Shown: positions 1-14,300 of the stretch, in pieces
Layout of the letters: every line of letters begins with the position of its first letter
Position numbering within the stretch: the first letter of the stretch is position 1
NCBI GenBank assembly: GCA_943704425.1
Contig: CALSCP010002682.1
Location: forward strand, 1 to 38,151
DNA: 38,151 bases
Direction: 5' to 3'
Origin: Ministeria vibrans ATCC 50519
Lineage: Eukaryota > Protista > Filasterea
Position numbers and translations under genes: made by a program
The notes under the pieces: model-generated
What the model was told of the DNA's origin: nothing
The model's database searches: none
Seen by the model: only the letters and a program-made list of their open reading frames with translations

Positions 1-23
1 AAAAAAAAAAAAAAAAAAAAAAA
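1..23. repeat. Poly(A) run at window start
   Basis: 23 consecutive A. Confidence 0.95.
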
Positions 24-485
24 GCGCGTTTGCCATCAACGCATCGCTCGACGCACCTTGGCCTGCCATGGACCCCGGTCTGATCTGCACGTGCCAGCAT
101 GTGGCGCTGGCTGGCGTGCGGGAATGGCTGTGGAAAGCGCAGTGTCAGATGTGCTTCTTTTTTTTTGCTGTTCCATTGTGTCTTCTCGTCGATCGCCCCG
201 ACTTCCATCTCCTACCCTACCGTCTACAGCCTGCGACGACCTATGTGGTCCTTGTCACCGCCATGATTACGCGTGTCGAGCGTCTTTTCTCCTTTTCTTC
301 TTTTTTTTTTCTTCGTTTTCAAAATCCCGTGTCTTCCTCCAACTGGGCTCGTTGATACACCCACGAGCCTGTGTACGCTGTCCTCCCCATGCCCGTTCTT
401 TTTCTTTTCTACTGTGTGTCTTTTGTTTGTGTGTGTTCATTCTTTTACTCTCTCTCTCTCTCTCTCTCTCTCACTTGTAGACGCA

Positions 486-2011
486 ATGGCACGATCACTG
501 CTGTTCACTCTCGGTCTGTGCTACTTGGTCCTCTTCGCCATGCTGGCACCGTCCGTCAGTAAGTTGTTATGGTTCTTTCCACTTTTTGGCCCTTTTTTCT
601 TTCTTTGTTTTGGCTGTGATGTTATTTCAGGCATTTGGGCTGATTGTACAGTGTGTACGCGATTGGAAGGCGGTGTGTGGGTTCACATGGATGCTCGTTA
701 CATGGGAGACCGACTGGATGGATGAATAGCGTTTTGCTTTCGTCTGCTCTACTTCCGACTGTTGTCTCTCGAGATTTTCCATCCACACACTTCGTCATGC
801 CCGTTGTGAGCACATTGCGCATGCTGCACTACATTTTGAATTTTCTGAGCCAACTTTCTATTATCACATGATATGTTATTGTGGTGTATATATGTCGTCA
901 CTTGTTCTCATGTTGTCTCTGTGCATTGTGTTTTTGCAGCCAACTCAGTGGCGTACGCACAGGATGGGGATATGGTTGAGGACGAGGACGATGGCATTGA
1001 GGTCACCCACGAGGAGGGCGACGACGACGAAGAAACCGCAGACATTGTAAGTTTTGTTTTGTTTTGTTTTTTTAAGCATAAATAATTATTAACAATAATT
1101 ATACTAATAATATTTATGATCATTTTAGGAGGAAAACGATTTTGGCGATGATTTAGGCTCAGACGAAGAAGGAGGCGAACACGCTATTACTGCATTGGAC
1201 ACAGTTGAGCTGCGAACGCTCTTCTCCGAATACCCTGATGAGTGTAAGAAAGCGCAAGAGAAGTTTACAAGAGTCATTTTTCCAAAAATCTGATTTTTGT
1301 TTTGTTTCTTGTTCCCCTCTCGAACCCTCTCTCTCCTTTTTTTTTCAGCATTCCCTGCTGGCTCTGTAGTCGAAGCCCTTGTGGGCGTGACGAACGACGG
1401 CTCGTCCGATATTCAGGTCGTAGACATCGAGGGCAGCTTCCGTTATGTTCAGGACTTTAACTTCCACGTTCAAAACTTCTCTCTCACCGTACGAAATATA
1501 TATGTCTCTTCTCCATTGTTTTTCTTCACTTTGTTTTCTATTCCGTTCCTTGTTCCTTCCTTCTCTTCTCTGTCTCTTTCTCACATGGTTTACTCTTCTT
1601 TCATTTCGATAGGAGGTGAACCAGACGATTGGTGCGCGCAGCCACGCGACTCTGCGCTACGAACTGCGACCGGACGAGAACTTTGACCCGCGTCAGTTTG
1701 GGCTGATTATCAATGTGCGCTACATTGACATCAGCAACGAGAAGCTGCACATGGGAGAGGCATACAACGGAACGGTGTCTGTGACGGACTCACTGGATGC
1801 ATTTGATGCCGAGACTGGCTTCCTCTACCTCTCGCTGGTGGCCATTCTGGGTCTGGTTGTGTTTGCTGCAAAGCAATTGTGCTCGTCACCTGCGTCGAAC
1901 AAGGGCAAGCGTCCCATTAAGAAGCGCGTCGAGATGGGCACGGGCGCCGCTGTCGATAACTCCGACTTCATTCCCAACGACGTCAAGAAGAGCCTCGCGG
2001 GCAAGAAGTAG
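486..2011 (+). CDS. SSR1: Translocon-associated protein alpha (TRAP-alpha / signal sequence receptor subunit 1), ~277 aa, 5 coding exons: 486-558, 940-1046, 1129-1243, 1349-1488, 1613-2011
   Basis: All introns are GT-AG and phases join into one frame. Signal peptide MARSLLFTLGLCYLVLFAMLAP, then a highly acidic stretch, then FPAGSVVEALVGVTN...IEGSFRYVQDFNFHVQNFS, FDPRQFGLIINVRY, AYNGTVSV...FDAETGFLY, a TM helix, and the KKRVEMGT...DFIP tail typical of TRAP-alpha. A CT tract plus TAG at 448-480 suggests an additional 5'-UTR intron. Confidence 0.93.
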
Positions 2012-2091
2012 ATTACTCCCGAGACCAAGTGAAAAGGAACTTTGTTTGTTTTCTTGTTTTTTAATATTAATGATTGTGTAAATCAGACCAA

Positions 2092-6174
<4,083 letters not shown>

Positions 6175-6555
6175 TGTATTACAAGTACTCGGAATTTGAG
6201 ATGAAAAAAATGAAATATAAAATCCAACGCAACTGATCATTCACTGATCATTAACTCTGATGCAGCATTCCCAAAACCCTCGATTCAAGACGCAGCTCTA
6301 CAAAGAACCCCAATAACGCCTAACGGGAATAACCATGAAACATTAAGCAATAAACAATAAATTGCTCTACAATTGCTCTTTGGAGTCTCGACACACACTT
6401 TTTATAATATGACTACTACTGTTACTTTGGTGTTTGTAATATTAGTATGTATAATCACAGATTTTTATAATCTTCTTTTTGTACAAAGGCGTCCTTCCAA
6501 ACAAGTACAAATAGACAATAGTACAATCAACAATAAACGTCAATGATACGCCCTG

Positions 6556-6707
6556 TCATACCCCCACTTGTCGATTGACACGCGCGGCAACCCGAGCATC
6601 AAGGACACGCCGTCGTGCACGCACGGACACATGCGACACGACCAGGAGTATGGCACAGGTGACCTACAAGACAAGCAAGCATGAGAGTCAATCATGAACC
6701 AAAGTTC

Positions 6708-6797
<90 letters not shown>

Positions 6798-7054
6798 CTC
6801 TCTCCCTCAAACACACTCTCACCTCAAACCCGATGAATCGTGAATGCTCCAGCGCTTGGACACGCTCACAACTTTGCCAGTCGTCCGAAGCCTCTGATCC
6901 CGAGCCACACGACAAAAGTTGCTTGAATCCAGTCGGCGCACAGTACGACACAAAGTTCTACGCAATCGCCACACGAGACGCAAAATGATAAGTTCAGTCG
7001 TTTCAATCGACATTACGGGCGCAACGGGCAAATGCAGCTCAGCGTCACAAGATC

Positions 7055-7103
<49 letters not shown>

Positions 7104-7163
7104 TGTACAACGCCGCAACACAAAGAACGTTTGGTGGCACTTTTCAAATTGAGAAGAAAAGAG

Positions 7164-7194
<31 letters not shown>

Positions 7195-7404
7195 GTACCT
7201 TTTCAAGAGCCCCACACACTTCACACTCCCGCTTGGGCACGCACCTGCGCTCCTGGTCGTCAGTTTGAACTTCTCTTCTGGTCACTGTCAAGAAAACATA
7301 AATCAGTCAATGGAAAGAAAAGAGCTTTTTTCACCTTTTTCAATGGGTGCTGCCATGCACGCCGCACACACAAGTGCAACAATAGCTACGCCAAGGCACC
7401 GCAT
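6556..7404 (-). CDS. JTB: JTB (jumping translocation breakpoint)-like type I membrane protein, 132 aa, 4 exons: 7404-7335, 7284-7199, 6957-6823, 6663-6556
   Basis: Spliced product MRCLGVAIVALVCAACMAAPIEKVTRREVQTDDQERRCVPKRECEVCGALEKNFVSYCAPTGFKQLLSCGSGSEASDDWQSCERVQALEHSRFIGFEVTCAILLVVSHVSVRARRRVLDARVAARVNRQVGV. It has a signal peptide, the JTB cysteine pattern (EC-x-x-C...C-x-P-T-G-F/Y...C...S-C), F-x-x-F-E before the TM helix, and an R-x-L-D...Q tail. All three introns are GT-AG with matching phases. Confidence 0.85.
6709..6794. repeat. Compound (CA)n(CT)n microsatellite in JTB intron 3
   Basis: Visible dinucleotide runs. Confidence 0.9.
7037..7190. repeat. (CA)n microsatellite and poly(A) in JTB intron 2
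   Basis: CA run 7037-7100 and A run ~7164-7190. Confidence 0.88.
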
Positions 7405-8222
7405 CACAACGGATCAAATTATTCTAATATTAATCGTTTTAACTTTCAGATTTTTAAGATTAGATTGAAAAATACGTTTCAGTTTTATAGTTTCGCCTCA
7501 ACGGCTTGTTCGTCGTCAGCAGTCTCCGTGCACGGAGTACAAGGTAGACGGACGTACATCCGATCAAGTCAGGGGCCTCGTAGAAACATATATTAAGCAG
7601 TCACGCCAGGAACTAAATAGTAAATCTGAATCAGCACTAAATATCGGAAGATAGATACTCAATAGACAGTTTTGTTGCTCACTTGTTCCTTTGGCGCTTT
7701 CCTTTCTCTCTCTCCCGCTTCCTCCTTTTACTTGTGGCCCTCCACCGCACTGCTACACCACACTCCCCTGGCCCTTTCGCTCGCAGTGACCCACACCGAC
7801 TCGTCGCAGCGTTTTCTTCACTACTTCTTAAGGTAAACAATGTCGCAAGCCCCTCAAACAATGCGTTGCCTCTCCTGCGACAATCCACCCTCCAGACAGC
7901 CTCCGCCACCCCCATACACTCTACCACATGCCACATATACCCCCTCATCCCCACGCGCCGCCTCCACGGCGCCCCTAAACGCACATTGAGCACATGCAAC
8001 GCGGAGCGTAATTATAAAAAGCGGCATGTGCAACTCAGAGGGGCCTGTGAACAAATCGGCCTGAGGCCTTGTTGCCGCTTCGGCTGCCCCCCATTACCAT
8101 CTACACATCATCTGCACACCATCCTCGCCAATAGCTACCCTTCAGTGCCTCGCACTGCGTTGTTTTCTGTGGTCTGTGTTGAGTGCACTCCGTTACTCTG
8201 ACGTCACAACGTCATCTTGTTG

Positions 8223-8228
8223 CACACA

Positions 8229-8269
<41 letters not shown>
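8223..8269. repeat. (CA)n microsatellite upstream of adhesion GPCR 1
   Basis: Visible dinucleotide run. Confidence 0.88.
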
Positions 8270-8271
<2 letters not shown>

Positions 8272-8388
8272 GCACTCCTTCGCGCTGTATCCTCCCCATA
8301 GCACACTCCAGTTGATACCCGCCGACTGGAGTGTTCACGTGCACGATACCTTCATATTCACCTCAGATGCTCCCTCTCCGTATAGACT

Positions 8389-11300
8389 ATGCTCACAGCC
8401 ATTGCGCTCACGCTGAGCCTTCTTGTCCACGTCGCCAACGCCGTGCCGGCCTTTGCTCTTGGCGACTACTCAACAGATTCCAACCCGGCACAGCACCACT
8501 CCCGTCGTGCTGTGTGCGCCAACGGCAAGTACCCCGTCTACAACAGCTGCTGCTTCACTCAGTGCTCCTGTGGCATAACCGTGTGTGGCTGTGCTACCAT
8601 GAAGACTTCCTCTTGGGGTGGCATCCAATGCGGTTCAAGTTGCGGCAACGAATGTGTCTCCTGCAACGTTTGTACAGATTGCCCCGCTGGCAAGTACGGC
8701 AACAACGACGAATGTCACGACTGTGCCGCCAACAAGTACACCGACCAGAAGTCTCAAACAAGCTGCAAGAATTGCAACGCTGGCTACTACTCAAACACCG
8801 GCGCAACTTTTTGCGCCGAGGTCAACGAGTGCCTTTCCAACCCCTGTCAGAACGGCGGCGTCTGCGACAACCAAATTGACTCCTATGATTGCTCGTGTCC
8901 CGCTGGCTACACCGGCACCAACTGTCAGACCAACATCGACGAGTGTGCCTCGAGCCCGTGCCAGCATGGTGCCACGTGCTACGATGGTGTCAACGGTTAC
9001 ACGTGCACGTGTGTGCCTGGCTACACCGGCACCAACTGTCAGACCAACATTGACGAGTGTGCCTCCAACCCGTGCCAGAACGGCGCCACCTGCGTCGACT
9101 TGGTCAACGGCTACCTCTGCAACTGCGAGCTCGGCTACGACGGGACCCTGTGCAACAACAACATCAATGAGTGCGCCTCAAGTCCCTGTCAGAATGGCGC
9201 ATCCTGTGTTGACGGTGTTAACGGCTACACTTGCACTTGCGTGCCCGGTTACAATGGGATCCTCTGCAGCAACAACATCAACGAGTGTGCTTCTGTCCCG
9301 TGTCAAAATGGCGCCACCTGCGTCGACGTGGTCAACGGCTACACCTGCTCGTGTGTACCTGGCTACACCGGCACCCTTTGCGAGAGTGACATGGACGAGT
9401 GCGCGTCGAGCCCCTGTCAGAACGGCGCCGTCTGCACACAGTCCATTGCTTACTACACGTGCGCCTGTGTCGCCGGTTACGCCGGTACCAACTGCGAGAC
9501 CAACGTAAACGAGTGCGCCTCCAACCCGTGTCACAACGACGCGACATGCGTCGACGGCATCAACGGCTACACCTGCTCGTGCGCCGTCGGCTGGTTTGGT
9601 TTGCTGTGCGACGTTGAGGTCGACGAGTGTGGCTCAGCCCCCTGTGTCAATGGCGCCGAGTGCCTCGACACCCTCGCCGGCTTTCTCTGCACATGCGTCA
9701 CAGGCTACACCGGAATCCAGTGCGAAACAAACATCGACGAGTGCGCCTCAAGTCCGTGCCAGAATTTCGCCGCCTGTGTCGACGCCGTCAACGCCTACTC
9801 ATGCATCTGTAGGGCGGGCTACGCGGGCATCCATTGTGAAACGGACATTGACGAGTGCGTCTCGAACCCATGCCAGAACTCGGGTACGTGTGTGGACGCC
9901 GTCAATGGCTACTCGTGCACCTGTCCCGTTGACTACTACGGCACCGAGTGCGCCGAATTCGACGACTGTTACGCTGAGCCGTGCCTGAACGGCGCCTCTT
10001 GCGCTGAGAGTGGCACCGCATACGAGTGCACGTGTGCCGCTGGCTACGACGGCGACCAGTGCCAGGTGAACATTGACGAGTGTGCGTCGTCACCGTGCAC
10101 CAACGGCGGTGTGTGCACCGACCAGGTTGACGCATACGCCTGCTCCTGTCCCCAGGGCTTCCTTGGCATCCACTGCGAGACCGACTCTGACGAGTGCGCC
10201 TCGACACCCTGTCAAAATGGCGCTCCCTGCAGCAATCTTCCGGGGGCCTTTTTTTGTGATTGCACCACTGGCTGGTACGGCGAATTCTGCGAGGCAGACA
10301 CCAACGAGTGTGCGTCGTCGCCATGCACCAATGGCGCCACATGCGTGGATTTGCAGGGAACCTACGAGTGTCGCTGTGCCAGCGGCTACAGAGGAGTACA
10401 ATGCGAAACTGACATTGACGAGTGCAGCTCATCGCCGTGCTCCAATGGCGCCAGCTGCGCCGATCAAGTTGATGGCTTCGTGTGCACGTGCGCTTCCGGC
10501 TTTGCAGGTGTCGTCTGTGAGACCGAGCTAAACGAATGTGATTCGTCGCCGTGCTCAAACGGGGCCAACTGCACGGACGCCCTCGACGGCTTTGTGTGCA
10601 CCTGTGCGTCGGGCTTTACGGGCGTTGTGTGCGAGTCGAATGTGGACGAGTGTGCCTCGTCGCCATGCTCCAATGGTGCCTCGTGCAACGATCAAGTCGA
10701 TGGCTTTGTGTGCGTCTGTGCTTCGGGCTTTACTGGCAACGTATGCGAGACCAACGTCGATGAGTGCTTGTCGTCGCCCTGCTCGAATGGCGCCAACTGT
10801 ACCGACGCAGTCGATGGTTTTTCATGTGTGTGTCCCTCTGGGTTCACTGGCGTCGTGTGCGAGTCCAATGTGGACGAGTGCCATTCGTCACCCTGCTCCA
10901 ATGGCGCAACGTGCCTCAACGAACTCGACTATTTCACGTGTCTCTGTGCCTCGGGATTCACCGACTCGCGGTGTCAGACCAACGTGGACGAGTGTGAGTC
11001 GGCGCCGTGCTCCAATGGCGCAACCTGTCTCGACGGGGTTGACGGGTTCAGCTGTGTGTGCGCCTCGGGCTTTGTGGGCATTGCGTGTGAGTCTGAAGTA
11101 GACGAGTGCGCTTCGTCGCCTTGCTCGAATGGTGCCAACTGCACTGACGCTGTCGATGGCTTTGTGTGCATGTGCGCCTCGGGCTTTACGGGAGTTGTGT
11201 GCGAGTCGAATGTGGACGAGTGTGCTTCGTCGCCGTGCACCAATGGTGCGGTGTGCTCAAACAATCTCGACGCCTACACGTGCACCTGTCCCTCAGGATT

Positions 11301-14300
11301 TACGGGTGTCGACTGTGAGACCAACGTGGACGAGTGTGAGTCGTCTCCATGCTCCAACGGTGCCTCGTGTGTCGATGGTGTCGACGAGTACCTGTGTGTG
11401 TGTGCGTCGGGATTCACAGGCACGCATTGTGAGACAGAGGAGGACGAATGTGCTTCATCACCCTGCCAGCATGGCGGTGTGTGCACCGATCACCTTGATG
11501 GTTTCACGTGTGCATGTCCCGATAATGTCCATGGGGTCTTTTGTCAGAGCGACTGCCGTGCCGTGTCCATCATCACGACGCAAGACCGTCTCAATCGTCT
11601 TGCCGGCTGTTGGTACACCCTCACAAACAACCTGACCGTGTCCGGCTCGGGCATCACCAATCTGGTGGGTCTCTATGCTCTCGAGACGACAAACGGTACA
11701 CTGCGCATCGAGAACACCCTTGCCCCCATCCTGTACCTTGACCGTCTCGTGCAAGTCTCCGGTCATCTTGAGATCTTGAACAACCCAAAGTTGGAATCGG
11801 CACAGCTCACCGAGCTCATTACTGTTGAAGGACATCTCACACTCACAGGCTCACCACTCCTCACGACTGCGCCCATGAACTCCATCATGACCGTCGGTGC
11901 CTCACCCCTCACCCTCTCCAACCTGCCTCTGCTCGACGGTGCCTCTCTCGACACACTCAGCAAGGTTCCCTTTGCCGGCGTTGTCACCATTGAGAACACG
12001 GGCGCAACCTCGCTGGCCTTGTTGAATGCCTCGACGGCCATCACTCACCTGACCGTCTCGTCCAACGNNNNNNCCTCTCTGTTGTTCCGCTTTGCCTCTA
12101 CTGTCTCCATCAGCATTTCGCGCAACCGTGCGCTCACGACACTCGACTGCTCCTTTGCGACCCTTACTGCGGCCTCGACAGTACTCCTCGCCGACGACAC
12201 ATCGCTGACGACCCTGTCGGGCTTCCATGCGCTCACCCACGCCAGCAGCGTGACCCTGTCCAACAGTGGCCTCGTGTCGGTCAACGAGCTTGCCTTTGCC
12301 AGCCTCAACACCGCCGACCTGATCATCTCCGACAACGCCAAGCTGCTCTCCCTCGAAGCGTCTGGGTTTGCACTGGCCATGAACGGCTCGCACACGGGCT
12401 CGCTGACTATCTCGGGCAACGAAGCGCTCCTCAACGTCGGCTTTGACCACGTAATCACGCTGCATGGATCGCTGACGATCAGTGATAATGAGCGACTGGT
12501 CGACATCGCAGGCTTCCAACGTTTGGCGATGCTCAATGGCACGCTCACCATTGCAAACAACACCTTCCTCTCGGTGATGACCACGATTTATGTGGACCAG
12601 GTGCCGCTGAACATCACGGGCGCACTCCACCTCACGGACAACGCCGACCTGTGCGTCAACGAGCTGCTTGACGTGCTCGACCAAACTGTGTTCGTTGCGG
12701 GCAACGTGGAGACCAATGGCACAGCACAGACGGGTTCGCCGCCGTGCCTGCTGCACGCGCTGCGTGTTGTCGCCAAGGGTGGCGTCAACTCGACGGAGAA
12801 GGCTGACGAGACCATTGTGAAGCTGACCGAAGTAACTGATGGTGACGCGTGGACGTCGGTGCAGGACGCCGAGTCGGCGTCGCAAATCATTCTCAAATCG
12901 CTCGACAACATCCTCGTCTTTGTGCAGCGAAGCAACGCCACCAACGAGACGACGGTCGAGTCGGCCGCAATCTCCAATCGTACCCTTTCAGTGCTCAACA
13001 ATGTGCTTTCGCCGACCTCGCTCGGGCGCATCAACAGCGGCAACTCAACGGCGAACCGCATTGCGACTGTTGTCGAGAGTTTTGTCGAGATCCTCGAGAC
13101 CGTTGCCATCTGCGACGGTGACGCGCTCACGCTGCACGGCACCAACCTCAACGTGGAGATCCAGCGCAGCAGCAACAGCAGTGATCTGCGTCGCACCTAC
13201 GGCGACGGCTCCATAATGCTCCCGGACGAGTTTGCCATGGTCGCTGGTATTCCCACCCGCGACTGCTACGACCTGCAGTTTATTGCCTACAGCACGTCAC
13301 CTTTTGTGTCCACCGACAAAAATGCCACGACCACCGCAAGCAACGTGGTGAGCTTCACGGTGAACAACATCACAGTGTCTGGTCTCACCAACGAGACGGG
13401 AATTCTTGTTACGCTGACGCATACGGGGGCGGCGGACGGTGTCGATCTCGCGTGTGTCTACTGGGACAAGGTGCTGGGCGCTTGGTCTACTGAGGGTGTC
13501 ACCATGGTCTCGCAGACGGCCACACAGACTGTCTGTCGCACTCTGCATCTCACCAACTTTGCCATGCTTGCTCTGCCTACGTCACGCGTCTCCTCACTGG
13601 GCTCGGGCGCCACCAAGGCCCTCACGGTACTCACATACCTCGGCTGCTGTGCCTCCCTTGTGGGCATTGTTTTCATCTGGCTGACGTACTACCTTGTGCC
13701 GTCGTTCCGTTCGCATGCCATCAAGCTGCTGCTGCACCTCTCTGTTATGCTCTTCATGCTCAACATCACCTTCCTGGCAGGCATTGATGCCACTGGCAAC
13801 GCTTCCGCCTGTACCTTTGTCGCCATTCTCCTGTACTTCCTGCTCATGGCGGCGTTTGCATGGATGCTTGCCATTTCACACAACCTGTACTTCCTGGTGG
13901 TGCGTGTCATTGGCGAGCCCACTTCGATGATGCGCTATGCTGTTGTGTGCTACTGCGTGCCTCTGGCCATGACACTGGCGCTTCTTGTGGTAGACACGGT
14001 GACGGACAGCGGAGTGGGACTGGGCGACGCGAACCGCTGTTGGATCTCGTCCGATGTGGGACTCTACGTTGCCGTTCTCGTGCCCATTCTGCTTGTGGTT
14101 ACCATCAACATTGTGGTGTTTGTCAAGGCCATCCGTGCGCTGCTCGCGAGCGGCCGCTCCAAGGTAAACAAAAGCAAGAAGTCGGGATCGGACAGCGCCG
14201 TGTCGGCCCACGTCAAGGCGGTCAAGTTGGCCTCGGGTCTACTCACCAGCCTGGGTCTCGCCTGGTTCACTGCCTTTGTGGCGCTTGCGACCAACGAGCC

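Noticed and set aside
58-480. ORFs 58-480, 68-355 and 273-725 upstream of or overlapping SSR1
   Set aside because: They run through poly-T and CT tracts with no recognisable motif. The region looks like a 5'-UTR intron ending in TAG at 480.
6232-6252. ACTGATCATT direct repeat upstream of the NSF start
   Set aside because: It could be a promoter element, but it is too short to support without comparative data.
7490-7655. 14-nt palindrome CTCCGTGCACGGAG (7524-7537) and a ~50-codon open stretch between JTB and GPCR1
   Set aside because: No start codon, no convincing splice context and no recognisable homology; a single short palindrome cannot support a feature.
7683-8201. 172-aa ORF and TATAAAA (8013-8019) upstream of GPCR1
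   Set aside because: Non-ATG start with low-information composition. The TATA-like word cannot be tied to a start site without transcript data.
8821-11550. Calling the receptors Notch, Crumbs, fibropellin or EGFR
   Set aside because: No LNR, ankyrin, laminin-G or kinase domains; a GPS and seven TM helices are present.
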